Numbered from the stretch's first letter, positions 30,652 through 40,696 are shown. The stretch is DNA of 64,000 bases from Candidatus Sericytochromatia bacterium (GCA_040400605.1 JBBAPZ010000005.1:82970-146969); one strand, 5' to 3'. Notes: generated from the sequence alone by a model not told the origin. A program made the numbers and translations.

Positions 30652-30763
30652 CGCTGTGCCTCAAGTGGTCTTCGTGTGATTGCTATTCCTCATCACGAGG
30701 TCGTTTCATTCGAGTCTAGGCCCTCCACCGCGACGATTGTTCCATCGAAATGCCTGGCGGCCT
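30551..30763. repeat. 213-bp direct repeat, copy B
   Basis: Near-identical to 28863-29075. Confidence 0.95.
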
Positions 30764-30941
30764 CCAGTGCCACACCGACTGTGACATTCGGAAAGTGCGA
30801 CGGCACGGCGTGCCGGAAGGTAGGGGTGAGGGTTGTGAGGGCTTCATGGCGGGCCGGGTCTTCACACTGCCAGGTCAGTCCTGCGCTGTTACTGGATGTC
30901 AACACGGCTTCTTGAGCGCCAAACCTGAGTCGAACACGCAT
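30693..30941 (-). CDS. Small hypothetical protein, candidate immunity/partner of the upstream toxin-like gene
   Basis: 82 aa; TAATG overlap with the stop of 30941-34678. Confidence 0.6.
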   Translation of the reverse strand: MRVRLRFGAQEAVLTSSNSAGLTWQCEDPARHEALTTLTPTFRHAVPSHFPNVTVGVALEAARHFDGTIVAVEGLDSNETTS

Positions 30942-33900
30942 TAATGTTCCTCCTGGGCGCGCAGCAGTTTCCAGATGATGCGGAAGTGTTCCGGGTGATC
31001 GCGAATGAACGCGAATGGGTCACGGTGCAACTGCTCCATGCCCATGCTCATGACTTCCGTGGCATGCAGATCATCCAGTTTTTCTGCTGGCTGATTACTG
31101 CCATCCTTGCGATAGGCCCTGGCGAGATAGGGATCCCAGATTGCCTTGGTTCCGGGCTTGATGACCCGGGTCATTTCGTCATCGCGATAACCAAGCGACA
31201 CACCGGGGGCGACATGGCCGTAGGCGTCATTTAACGGGATCGCTTGGTCAAGGGTATGGTCGAGCACGAATTGTCCTGTCTCCCTGACGATGTCTGGCGC
31301 CTCAAGCTCAAGCCCGTGAGCCATTTCATGGACCATGGTCTGGATTTGTCGTCTGGCATCACCCGATGCTCCCGGGTCCATCGAGATTGTCATTGTCGCG
31401 TTTGAATGGTTACTCCGCTCGTTTGCATTGTCAGGGTGTTTTCGCACGACGACGTGGCGATGGCCCGCCCGCGCACCTGCAATGGCCGCATAGGCTTCCA
31501 ACCCTGCCTGATAAGCCTGTCTATCGGAATCGGGGATTTCAGGGTCAAAGTGCGCTGTGTATTGGGCCTTACCCGAGCTGGTGATGAGACTTTTGATCTC
31601 TGTCCGCGCGTCGCGTTGAAGCTGCTCAAACTGTGCCTGCAACCGTTCAGAGCGACGCCGTAATGCCACCAGTTCGGGGGTCTGCTGTAAAGCGGAGTTT
31701 TCCATGGCATGATCGTTTGCACGGTGCGTGTCGGAATGGCTGGCAAGTTCGCTTTGCAGCGCGGTTATTCTTTGTTCCAACGCTTTTTTTTGTGCTTCAA
31801 TGCGCACAAAACGGTCGTGATGGCGCTTGACCGCATTGATTACCGCATTTGCCCCCTCTCCAGCGGGCAGTTTCGGACCCTTGGCAAACTCGAAATACTG
31901 GTTCAGGACCTCATCGGGGATGCGTTCGCCCTTCGCAACCGCTTGACGCACGAAGTCCCGATGAGAAGCCAACAATCCTCCCAGCTGTTCAATGGTGGCA
32001 TGCTCGCGCCACAGCCCTAAAAACTCCTCGATCGTTGTGGTGGGCGGCTTGAGAAAACTTTTGGCTTTCGTTGTTCCCCAAAGGCGTGCAAGGACTGGCT
32101 CACAGTCGGCTAGACTTCGCGACTCGAAGTCCTGTAACACTTTTATGGGCAAAGCCGCTGTCCCATGTCCCGTTTTTTTCGCTCGTTCAATTCTCAGGCC
32201 AACCATGTACCGATGGTTCGAGATGAGATCAATGACCTTGAATTGAGACGTGCCCTCTGGAAAATGCGCCAGGTACTCAGCCAGCGTTTGATTGGTCATC
32301 TGGCGACTCAAGCTGTCAATCGCATGCTTTTCCTTGAGGTCGCCGACCAAATGAGCAAGTTCTTTTCGTTGCAATTCGGGGAATTCCTGCGCAGCAAAAG
32401 CAAGCAAATCTCGCTTAGCCGCCTCAAAGCGTCCTTGTGCCTGGGTTTGTTCCAGTCGCATGGCTGGCGTGCGATTTTGGTACAATGTCGCCCGTGCCTC
32501 GGCTTGCTGCATCCAAGCGGACTCGTAGCGTTCGACCAGGTCCGTGTAGTGGTCTTGCCAGTCAAATTCTTTTTTGTTTACAAGATTTTTGTAGGTGTTT
32601 TTCAACGCGGGTGGAGAATTGTGCAGTTGCTGCAAGCCTGAGTCGTCATAGAAAAAGTATTGTAAGCCCCTCAGATCATCGCCATTCGAATATGCGCGCA
32701 TATACTCACGCAGTAGCGTTTTCCTTACATTAGCAGGCGCGAGCGCCAGCTGTGCCGTCATATCCTGACTGCCGGTCTGCTTGACCAGTGCCTTGACTCC
32801 TTCCCTGACGGCACTATGGATGGCTTTCTGTTGCTCAAGCAGCCGTTTCGTCTCGTTTCGGAGTCGATCCAGCTCGGGTGGTCGTTGTGGCTCCGGGTCC
32901 TGGGCGCTTCTGGTTCCCTGTGGATTCCGCTCTCGCCACCCACGATGCCGTTCGTCAAATTGGGCCGTCATCAAGCTGATTGTTTGCTCGATTTCGTTCC
33001 GCTGTGTTTGAATGTCTTGAATCTGCGATGCCTTGGCAGCCAATTCGTTGAGCGAACGACTGCCAGTGGCCCTGCCAGTGTCTGGCTGTCGGTCAATGGG
33101 CGATTTTTTTGCCCGTCCTGGCGCCGTCGCCTGCTGCGCAGACGAGCGCTGCTTGTTGTTCTGAGGCCCAGTTGGGAAGGAATCTGTCAGTGGCGCTTGG
33201 TTGTTGGGGGCTGTCTCGGTGGGGGGGTTTTCACGTGCGGGATTGCCCGTCCTGGGCGTTTCAGCCAAAACGCCTGCGTCATTATTCGCATTGCTTCCGG
33301 GTGGATGCTCCTCGGTGGGCGTAACGGGAGCACTTTGCCGCAAGCGGCCTGCGATCGCACGCCCCGCGCCAGACGTCACGCCACCTTGCAGTGCGCCAGC
33401 CACGATCTGGTTCCGCAGGGATGCAGGGTCAAGCGCCTGTCCCGAGGCGAGCTGGTTCACGGCTGCTGCGGTTCCACCGGCGCTCGCGCCAGCCACGCTG
33501 CCTGAGGCCACCGTGCCAGCTGCGCGTCCGAGTCGACTTTGGCTCGCTGCGATGGCACGCGCGAGTGTGTCGTTGTGAACCGCACCGCGTGAAAGGGCAC
33601 TGGCGCCGCGGGACAGTCCGGCGCCAACACCGGTTGCCGCGACGCCGCCGACGGCACCGCCTGCCGCGCCAAGCGCGGTTGCCCGTAACACGCCGTCCAG
33701 TTTTTCGCCTGAGGCGATCGCCTGGGCCCCACTGGTGGTGCCGCCGAACCCTGCCCCCACAATGGCCTGGGTGCTCGCCCCAATCACAGCACGCCCAACA
33801 CTGCCTTCCACGGCCTGTTGACCCACCATCCGCGCCGCCTGCCTGGCCACGCCTGAGGTCACAGCCGAGGATGCGCCACCTGTCACTGCGGCACCCAACC

Positions 33901-34678
33901 CACCTACCCCGCCAACCGCAAAAACTGCGAGGCCTTCCCGTTTGAGATCGAACTGATTGTCAAGCACGGCGCGCGCACCCAACGACAAGGTGCCGCCCCC
34001 CACAAAAGCCCCCGCTGCCAGCAACGGAACCCCAATCGGTGCACCAATGCCCGAGACGCTCAAGGCCACGCCAGCCATGACCGCCACGCCTGCCGCCATA
34101 TCGCCCGCTACACCCGACCAGAACTTGTTGCCTGCAGACGCCTCTCCAAGCGCCTTGTCATAGGCGTTCACCCTGGTTTGTGCCTTTCGCAGGGCGGATT
34201 GCAACCCTCGCTCGGCATCCGGTTGACCGGAGGCAACCTGCTTCCGGTACGTGCGCAACGCATCGGATAACTCGTGTGCCATCGCGGATTGGGCTGCTGC
34301 GCGGGCTAGACCCAGACGGTCCTGCTGACCTCCAAACCGATTGACGACCTGGTTGAAACCCCGGGCCACGGCGTTACCGCTCAGGACCTTGCGATTCGCT
34401 TCATTCAGTTGGGCCACTTTGGCCTGCAGTTCGGCTGCCTGCCGTTCGAGATCAGGGGTATCAGATTTTTTTGCTGGTCTGCCGGCGACCGGGTAGGTCG
34501 CCACGGGATCGCGTCTGGCGTGTTGGTTGCGGGTTGTTCCTGCGAAGTGGTCGGCCACGCGACTGGATGCGGACTGTACGTGGCGGTTGACCACCACCGA
34601 AGGACCAACCACCATTGAACGGCGGTCGGGAACCTGGCCCAGTGGTCTTTCAACCTTGCTCAAACGCCCTTCCCCCAA
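30941..34678 (-). CDS. Large polymorphic-toxin-like protein: Gly/Ala-rich hydrophobic N-terminal half, coiled repeats, C-terminal HEXXH zincin-like domain
   Basis: AAGVAVMAGVALSVSGIGAPIGVPLLAAGAFVGG segment; VHEMAHGLE and a downstream TEVMSMGME; start codon uncertain. Confidence 0.65.
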   Translation of the reverse strand: MGEGRLSKVERPLGQVPDRRSMVVGPSVVVNRHVQSASSRVADHFAGTTRNQHARRDPVATYPVAGRPAKKSDTPDLERQAAELQAKVAQLNEANRKVLSGNAVARGFNQVVNRFGGQQDRLGLARAAAQSAMAHELSDALRTYRKQVASGQPDAERGLQSALRKAQTRVNAYDKALGEASAGNKFWSGVAGDMAAGVAVMAGVALSVSGIGAPIGVPLLAAGAFVGGGTLSLGARAVLDNQFDLKREGLAVFAVGGVGGLGAAVTGGASSAVTSGVARQAARMVGQQAVEGSVGRAVIGASTQAIVGAGFGGTTSGAQAIASGEKLDGVLRATALGAAGGAVGGVAATGVGAGLSRGASALSRGAVHNDTLARAIAASQSRLGRAAGTVASGSVAGASAGGTAAAVNQLASGQALDPASLRNQIVAGALQGGVTSGAGRAIAGRLRQSAPVTPTEEHPPGSNANNDAGVLAETPRTGNPARENPPTETAPNNQAPLTDSFPTGPQNNKQRSSAQQATAPGRAKKSPIDRQPDTGRATGSRSLNELAAKASQIQDIQTQRNEIEQTISLMTAQFDERHRGWRERNPQGTRSAQDPEPQRPPELDRLRNETKRLLEQQKAIHSAVREGVKALVKQTGSQDMTAQLALAPANVRKTLLREYMRAYSNGDDLRGLQYFFYDDSGLQQLHNSPPALKNTYKNLVNKKEFDWQDHYTDLVERYESAWMQQAEARATLYQNRTPAMRLEQTQAQGRFEAAKRDLLAFAAQEFPELQRKELAHLVGDLKEKHAIDSLSRQMTNQTLAEYLAHFPEGTSQFKVIDLISNHRYMVGLRIERAKKTGHGTAALPIKVLQDFESRSLADCEPVLARLWGTTKAKSFLKPPTTTIEEFLGLWREHATIEQLGGLLASHRDFVRQAVAKGERIPDEVLNQYFEFAKGPKLPAGEGANAVINAVKRHHDRFVRIEAQKKALEQRITALQSELASHSDTHRANDHAMENSALQQTPELVALRRRSERLQAQFEQLQRDARTEIKSLITSSGKAQYTAHFDPEIPDSDRQAYQAGLEAYAAIAGARAGHRHVVVRKHPDNANERSNHSNATMTISMDPGASGDARRQIQTMVHEMAHGLELEAPDIVRETGQFVLDHTLDQAIPLNDAYGHVAPGVSLGYRDDEMTRVIKPGTKAIWDPYLARAYRKDGSNQPAEKLDDLHATEVMSMGMEQLHRDPFAFIRDHPEHFRIIWKLLRAQEEH

Positions 34679-34896
34679 CGTAAGCCCCAGCTTGACGGGT
34701 CTTCCAACTAACGCTTCCCTGACTGGTATTCTCGTGACGGCGTTTGCTTGATGACAGCGAGGCGCAGCCTGATAAACTGGGTTGCCACCAAATCTTGAAC
34801 AGAAACCGATGCGTTACCGTGTCGCTTGCCAGGGCGCGGCAGAGTCCGTTTACCGCTTTTCAAGGGCGGGGGGCTCACAACGTGCCTCTTTATTTT

Positions 34897-34922
34897 TTAC
34901 CCTTGTCAAAGATGGGCAAAAC
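34897..34922 (-). promoter_or_regulatory. SigB/SigF-type promoter
   Basis: Minus strand GTTTTG-N14-GGGTAA. Confidence 0.6.
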
Positions 34923-34938
34923 GAGGCACCATGCTCAG

Positions 34939-35046
34939 GGAATCATCAGATTAAGCGTTCGGTCTACCGGATTTCGGCACCATCACGACGCAAGAACACC
35001 ACGCAATGGTGCCAGCAACCGCCGAATGCTACAAACGTTTAACGAA
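34939..35046 (-). repeat. Conserved ~108-bp intergenic element
   Basis: GGAATCATCAGATTAAGCGTTCGG-N35-ACCACGCAATGGTGCC...GAATGCTACAAACGTTTAACGAA. Confidence 0.9.
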
Positions 35047-35205
35047 CATCGGATGGGTGGGTGTTTTGGTTGCGGTGCGCGACTGCGCGTGTTAACCAGG
35101 TGCGCCCCGACATTGGAATGCTTGCCTGTACCGCTGCAAGCCTGCTACCAAAGGTGCGCGGTATACTAAGCACGTGGATGTGGCAGTGTAAAGGGGGGGT
35201 GCTGT

Positions 35206-35817
35206 ATGGCGATGGATACCGAGCGACCGTTGGTGGATTCGTGCTACCTGGAGCGATTGGGTGAAGGCACCATGTCGGTTTGTGTCGGTGACACACGGTT
35301 TGAGCTGAAGGTTGGCATGCAAGGTGTGCGTCTGTTTGAAGGGGGCCGGGAAGTGGGTGGTTCCGGTTGGGGGGCCTTGCAGGGATTTCTCGTTCATCAG
35401 CAACGGCGGATGGCGTCGCTGGTGGGCGATCGCCGGATTAGCAGCTCCTTGGGAGAGCATCCAGAGTTTAAAAATACAATTTTGCCCTACCTGTATGTGA
35501 ATACCTATCCACAGGATCGCCTGGTCAGGGGTGGCACGCGGCGGCGCATTGAAGTGCGTGTGCCCAGTCTGCAAGAAGCCGAACGTTTGATGGGAATTGA
35601 GATTGCGTGCGCCAATCCTGAATGCTTGCATGCCATACGGCCGTTTCGCCCGCGCGCGAAGGGCAACCCCTTAAGACTGTTCGTGGGTTTCACATGTCCG
35701 ATTGAGGAGTCAGTTGCGTGTGCGCGTACCCGTGGCGCCAAGGAGGCCATGGAGACCCTTGCCACATTGATTGAAGCCGCAGGGCAATTCTGCGCGAATG
35801 ATGTCACCCGGCGCTGA
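35206..35817 (+). CDS. Hypothetical protein with possible Zn-binding cysteines
   Basis: 203-aa ORF after SD AAAGGGGGG; CANPEC and CPIEESVAC motifs. Confidence 0.6.
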   Translation: MAMDTERPLVDSCYLERLGEGTMSVCVGDTRFELKVGMQGVRLFEGGREVGGSGWGALQGFLVHQQRRMASLVGDRRISSSLGEHPEFKNTILPYLYVNTYPQDRLVRGGTRRRIEVRVPSLQEAERLMGIEIACANPECLHAIRPFRPRAKGNPLRLFVGFTCPIEESVACARTRGAKEAMETLATLIEAAGQFCANDVTRR

Positions 35818-36062
35818 TGGCCATCGACTTGACAGGTTCAGCGATAGCGATGACGAGCGACGATACAGAACCGCGTTGCTTGGCGATTGAATTTTGGTTG
35901 CCATCAAAGGTAGCGAGTGATTGGTTGATGTTTTGGGTTTGCTGCAAAAGCTTTGAACAAAAACCCAAGTGTCATCATATCGTGGTGTGCCAATCGACGA
36001 TGGGCGGTATGTTGCCGCTGGTTTAGATACAATGGTTTTTAAGCAGTTTTTTTGAGATACGT

Positions 36063-36407
36063 CTAGCCACGCCGGTGTTCCGTGATACGCTCGCGTTGGG
36101 GAGTAAATGCGGCACGCAAGACGGGCAGCGCGAGGTGAGGGTCACTGTTGCCGCATGTGAAAACATCGGCAGCGAGGTAGCCTACTTCTGGCCAGGTATG
36201 GATGCTGGCGTGTGATTCCGCGAGCAAAGCGAGTGCGGTCACCCCACAACCGGGGCCAAAATGGTGTACGGTAACCGCGAGTACGTTGACATCGCACGCG
36301 TGGGCCGCCGCACGCAGCGCCTGCTCGACCGTCATGGCATCCCCGAGATGGCTCGCCCCCCAAAAATCAATCAGAATGTGGGTTCCCGGCTTGATCATCT
36401 CGGTCAT
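36063..36407 (-). CDS. speD: S-adenosylmethionine decarboxylase proenzyme
   Basis: GTHILIDFWG, LAESHASIHTWPE (ES cleavage site), DVFTCG; ATGA overlap fixes the start at 36407. Confidence 0.93.
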   Translation of the reverse strand: MTEMIKPGTHILIDFWGASHLGDAMTVEQALRAAAHACDVNVLAVTVHHFGPGCGVTALALLAESHASIHTWPEVGYLAADVFTCGNSDPHLALPVLRAAFTPQRERITEHRRG

Positions 36408-37516
36408 CGTGGCAGGTTCGCCTGATAAAACAAAATGTGTTTCCATGCGTGATGTTCCTTGGTCATTCTCCAGATGTAGGCATCGAGGACATAGTGTGTG
36501 GCCTGAGGTACCGCGAGCAAGGGCACCAGCCACGCGAGCGTGATCTCGGATGTGATCGCAGGCATGGCAAAAAAGTCCGTAAAGAACTCGGGGTGTTCGC
36601 GCCATATCAGTCCATCCCATACCCCTTCCTCGATGAACGCCAGCACCACCAGGATCCCTAAGTACACAGGCCACGCCCGGGGTGTGAACAGCCGGTCGCC
36701 GATACTGAAGGCCACCGGCCTCAGGCTGGCGCGCCACAGGGTGCGGTTGCGTCCATACAGCCAGATCAACGCCAGATAGGGAATACCGTGCGCACAGACA
36801 TTGGTGGCGGTAAAAATAAGGTCATTATCAAAGACCACGATCCCCAACAGCCAGGACAGGGCTGTCCCACCAAGCAGAAGATTCTTGGGCACGTTCAGAT
36901 ATCCTGTCTGAAACGCGCCAACTGTCTCTTTCCCCAGGTACAGCAAAACGAGAACGGCATAGATGGTCGCACACACGGGGGTGAGCAGTGGCCAGTCAAA
37001 CTGAACAAAATCATCGGCTATGAACCAGGCAAACTGTCTGGGTTGCAAATGCCAGAAAAGAAGCGGAAACATTGTGGCTGCATAGATCACGCTCGTGTCG
37101 AGCAGGCGCGCAAAACGCCCGTTTCGCGCGTCGTGGCGGGCATAGATGGCGAAAAGGCCGTATTGCTGGCGCACGAAGTGAAAAACGGCAAGGTATGCCA
37201 GGGCCCGCCAAAAGAGCAAAGCCCCCAGTTGATACAGGGCGATACCGGCAAGCCAGGTCACAAGCGGCGTCAACAGGTACAGTACACGGCGTGTACGCCA
37301 CTCATCGGTATCAAGGTAGGTGCGAAAAAGGGTCCCATACACGTGAGCGACATCCACGCCCACCACCAGCACGAGCCAGGCCCAGGCTGGCAGGAACGGC
37401 AATCCCAGCAATGTCTCGCGCCAGAACAGAACGACTGCGCAGATGAGGAATGCTGGTGCGAGAATGAGGGTGAGGTCAAAACGGGCGGAGTGAATCCACG
37501 GTTGGGGTTGACTCAT
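36404..37516 (-). CDS. Multi-pass membrane protein of the DUF350/speE cluster
   Basis: Several TM helices with DVAHVYGTLFRTY, FHFVRQQYG, HGIPY and THYVLDAYIW histidine motifs; ATGA overlap at 37516. Confidence 0.75.
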   Translation of the reverse strand: MSQPQPWIHSARFDLTLILAPAFLICAVVLFWRETLLGLPFLPAWAWLVLVVGVDVAHVYGTLFRTYLDTDEWRTRRVLYLLTPLVTWLAGIALYQLGALLFWRALAYLAVFHFVRQQYGLFAIYARHDARNGRFARLLDTSVIYAATMFPLLFWHLQPRQFAWFIADDFVQFDWPLLTPVCATIYAVLVLLYLGKETVGAFQTGYLNVPKNLLLGGTALSWLLGIVVFDNDLIFTATNVCAHGIPYLALIWLYGRNRTLWRASLRPVAFSIGDRLFTPRAWPVYLGILVVLAFIEEGVWDGLIWREHPEFFTDFFAMPAITSEITLAWLVPLLAVPQATHYVLDAYIWRMTKEHHAWKHILFYQANLPR

Positions 37517-39144
37517 GCGCGCCCCTCGCGGCTCGCCTGAAGATGTTTGATGACCTGCAAGGCGGCCAGATGTCCCTGGGTGAATGCTTCCTCGAAAAGG
37601 GACAGTCCTGCCAGGTCCGAGTGGGCGGTAAAGACTGGGGGATGCTGACGCCGGGCTTTGGCACGTGTCTCGCCCCAGATGAAACCCGGTGTGGGACGCA
37701 CCATCGCATGACCCCATAGCCAGATGTCCACCTGTTCGATCGCCCCTGCCAGGTCAGGGTGGATGCGCAGAAGTTCATCCAAAAAGATCCGTTGCCACTC
37801 CTCGTAAGGCCGTGCCATCGCCTCTTGCCGTGCGGTAGTTGGTTCGGTATGACTAAGTGGCCAGTAGTAGGTGAGCACCGTCTTGAGTGGGTGCATCTGT
37901 GGCGTCTGGTGGGAGGCCACCACATAACCGAGCAGGGGACTGTCGTACACGACATTGTCCCAGGCGAGTGATGCTTGGCCTGTGTCTGGCAGGCGCGACA
38001 GCGTGATGTTAGCAACGGCCCACGGTGCGTAACTGAAGCCTTCGCTTGAAAGTGTGAAACGCTCCGATTGCACGAGTCGTGATGCGATAAAACGCGGGGT
38101 TGCGACAATCGCCGCGCGGGCTTCAATCCGGCAGGCAAGTTGCTGTTGCGTGTTCCAATAGTCGACCCACACGTGGTCTCCGCGATCCAGCACCCGATAG
38201 GTCAGCGCCTGGGTGATCAGGTGGTCCCGTTGGGGTTCAAGCAAACGCTGCACCAGGTAGCCATTGCCCTCGGGCCAAGTCAGAACATTGGCATCTTCCG
38301 CATTTGCAGCGTCGCTACGGCGGGAGGCGAAATAATGCAGTCCTGCCCAGGCGGAAGCCGTCGTGATCGGGGTGCCGTAGTCATCACGGCAGGCGTAATT
38401 GATGTACCAGAGCAAGCCGGGCGCATCATAACCCTCCCGTTTGAGCCAGGCCTGCATGGTCAATTGGTCAAGGGCAAGCCATTCGGGGTCCTGGGAGCTG
38501 TGATCGACCGGAATGGTGAAGACCCGCCGACCATCTCGGCCGCGTCGGTGTCGGAGTGTCTGAACGTAGGCCATAAATCGCCTGATTTGGGCGGTTTCAG
38601 CCGGGGTTTGCCCACTGACCGGAATGAGGCCCTCTTGCCAGCGACCGTAAATGTACAGGCGTTCGTGCGGGGCGGCGCACAGGTGGTAGTCGTTGTAGAT
38701 GGAGCGCCCGCGTTCATCCTCACCCGTGATGATGCCCACATCCTTGAACCATTGTCGTAGCGCGTGCGCCTCGTCATTGAGCAGTGGCACGTAATGGGCG
38801 CCCCAGGGATATGCGCTGACGGCATTGTGACCATACGCCGAATTGCCGCCAGCCGTGGCTTCCAGTTCCAGTATCTGATAGTCCCTGTATCCCGCGCGCC
38901 TGAGTTGATCCCCTGCGGTCAGGCCCGTGATTCCGCCCCCCACGATCACCACATCCGTCGTGGTCATTGGGCCTGTCACCTCAAAATGACTGTGACGCAA
39001 TTGATGCCCCAAGGCCGCGTTGGCACCCACAATTCGGCCGGGAATCCGCACTGGCGCGGCGGTTGGCCTAAAAAAACGTCCGACCGCACCCAGGCCCAGG
39101 CCCCCCAGACCACCCATCAGTAACTGTCGACGCGATATCTTCAC
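37513..39144 (-). CDS. FAD-dependent oxidoreductase (amine oxidase-like) with twin-arginine-like N-terminus
   Basis: VKISRRQLLMGG, DVVIVGGGITGL, PWGAHY, WGHAM.RP, HSDLAGLSLFEEA. Confidence 0.85.
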   Translation of the reverse strand: MKISRRQLLMGGLGGLGLGAVGRFFRPTAAPVRIPGRIVGANAALGHQLRHSHFEVTGPMTTTDVVIVGGGITGLTAGDQLRRAGYRDYQILELEATAGGNSAYGHNAVSAYPWGAHYVPLLNDEAHALRQWFKDVGIITGEDERGRSIYNDYHLCAAPHERLYIYGRWQEGLIPVSGQTPAETAQIRRFMAYVQTLRHRRGRDGRRVFTIPVDHSSQDPEWLALDQLTMQAWLKREGYDAPGLLWYINYACRDDYGTPITTASAWAGLHYFASRRSDAANAEDANVLTWPEGNGYLVQRLLEPQRDHLITQALTYRVLDRGDHVWVDYWNTQQQLACRIEARAAIVATPRFIASRLVQSERFTLSSEGFSYAPWAVANITLSRLPDTGQASLAWDNVVYDSPLLGYVVASHQTPQMHPLKTVLTYYWPLSHTEPTTARQEAMARPYEEWQRIFLDELLRIHPDLAGAIEQVDIWLWGHAMVRPTPGFIWGETRAKARRQHPPVFTAHSDLAGLSLFEEAFTQGHLAALQVIKHLQASREGRA

Positions 39145-39163
39145 TGGCGTTTCCTGATGACGA

Positions 39164-40681
39164 TCAGTTGTAAATGATGTAGCGGGACCATTCCTGGTCA
39201 AAATAGTGAATGAGTGCCTGATCGTCCAGTCGTTGGATGCGGGTATCCACCGAAGACATATCCGGCGGAAAATGCAGCATCTGCTGCAAGGTGTCGGCGG
39301 AGAGGAACCGTAGACCAGTCGGAAAGTTGGTCGGAGGATGGTAGGGAGTGCGCCCCGCGATGATGAAGCCCCATTCACCGAACGAGGGAACGTAGGCGTG
39401 GTAGGGTGTTGGAACCCAGGCGGCTGCTTCGAGGGTATGGTTGACACACCAGAAGGATTGTCTCGCAATGAGTGGTGAGGTGCTCTGGATAACGGCGAGT
39501 CCCTCAGGGGCCAACACGTGGTGCAGGAGCTTGAAAAAACTGACGGAGTAGAGTTTGCCGACCGAAAAATTTGAGGGGTCGGGGAGGTCGATCACAATGG
39601 CATCGTAGCGGCGCGCATTCAGGTTGCTTTGCTGGTCACGCAGCCATCGATACGCATCCTGATTCAATACCGTGACCGACGGATGTTCAAGCGACCGCGA
39701 ATTGAGTGAGGAGAGCATGGGATTTGAGCGAAACAAACGGGTCATTTCCGGGTCGAGATCGACCAGGGTGACGCTTTGAATCGAGGGGTAGCGCAGGATT
39801 TCCCGCAAGGCCAGCCCGTCACCGCCTCCGATGATCAGGACGTGACGGGGCTTGGCAATGGCACTGAGAATCGGATGCACCAGGGCTTCGTGGTAGCGGT
39901 ATTCATCCATTGAGCTGAATTGCAGGTTGGCGTTGAGATAAAGGCGAAGGTCCTGGGCTTGTCGCGTCACGACGATGCGCTGATACGGGGTGGTTTTCGC
40001 CAGAACGACCTTGCCTGGGTAATGGGAGGCGTCTGCGAGGCCCATCATCGGTTCGGCAAAGGCGAATCCTGCGATGAGCAGCGATAAAACGGCAAATGCA
40101 GCCATTTTCTGGAGGGGATGAGGCTTGAATTCCTGGGGAATGGCATACATGGCCCAAACAGCGACCAGGGTATTCAGGATGCCGAACAGAAATGCGGTCC
40201 GGAGCAGTCCGAGTTGTGGCACCAGTATCAGGGGAAACAGCAGGGACGCGAAGAGGGCGCCGATGTAGTCAAAGGTGAAGACGCGCGACACCAGGTCGCG
40301 AAACTCGAAGCGATCCTGGAGAATCCGTAGCAGGACCGGGATTTCGATGCCCACGAGGATGCCGATGATGGCGACGGTGGTGTAGAGCAGGAGCCGGAAA
40401 TGCTGGATGTGCTCGAAACCCAAAAACAGCAAGGCGGCCGAGGAACCGCCCACCAGACCGACCAGAATTTCGACATGAATGAAGAACCCCAGCAAATTGC
40501 GGGTGATGTAGCGTGAAAGCCAGGAGCCGATGCCCATGGCGAACAGGTAGCAACCAATGATGGTTGAGAACTGGGTCACCGAATCACCCAGCAGGTAACT
40601 GGCGAGTGTGCCTGCGATCAGTTCATAAATCAGCCCACACGTGGCGATGATGAAGACCGAAATCAGCAGCAGGATTTCCAA
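39164..40681 (-). CDS. speE: Membrane-anchored polyamine aminopropyltransferase (spermidine synthase)
   Basis: N-terminal TM helices (CGLIYEL); LQFSSMDEYRYHEALVH, VLIIGGGDG, DLPDP. Confidence 0.92.
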   Translation of the reverse strand: MEILLLISVFIIATCGLIYELIAGTLASYLLGDSVTQFSTIIGCYLFAMGIGSWLSRYITRNLLGFFIHVEILVGLVGGSSAALLFLGFEHIQHFRLLLYTTVAIIGILVGIEIPVLLRILQDRFEFRDLVSRVFTFDYIGALFASLLFPLILVPQLGLLRTAFLFGILNTLVAVWAMYAIPQEFKPHPLQKMAAFAVLSLLIAGFAFAEPMMGLADASHYPGKVVLAKTTPYQRIVVTRQAQDLRLYLNANLQFSSMDEYRYHEALVHPILSAIAKPRHVLIIGGGDGLALREILRYPSIQSVTLVDLDPEMTRLFRSNPMLSSLNSRSLEHPSVTVLNQDAYRWLRDQQSNLNARRYDAIVIDLPDPSNFSVGKLYSVSFFKLLHHVLAPEGLAVIQSTSPLIARQSFWCVNHTLEAAAWVPTPYHAYVPSFGEWGFIIAGRTPYHPPTNFPTGLRFLSADTLQQMLHFPPDMSSVDTRIQRLDDQALIHYFDQEWSRYIIYN

Positions 40682-40696
40682 GCGGCGATCCTTGTG

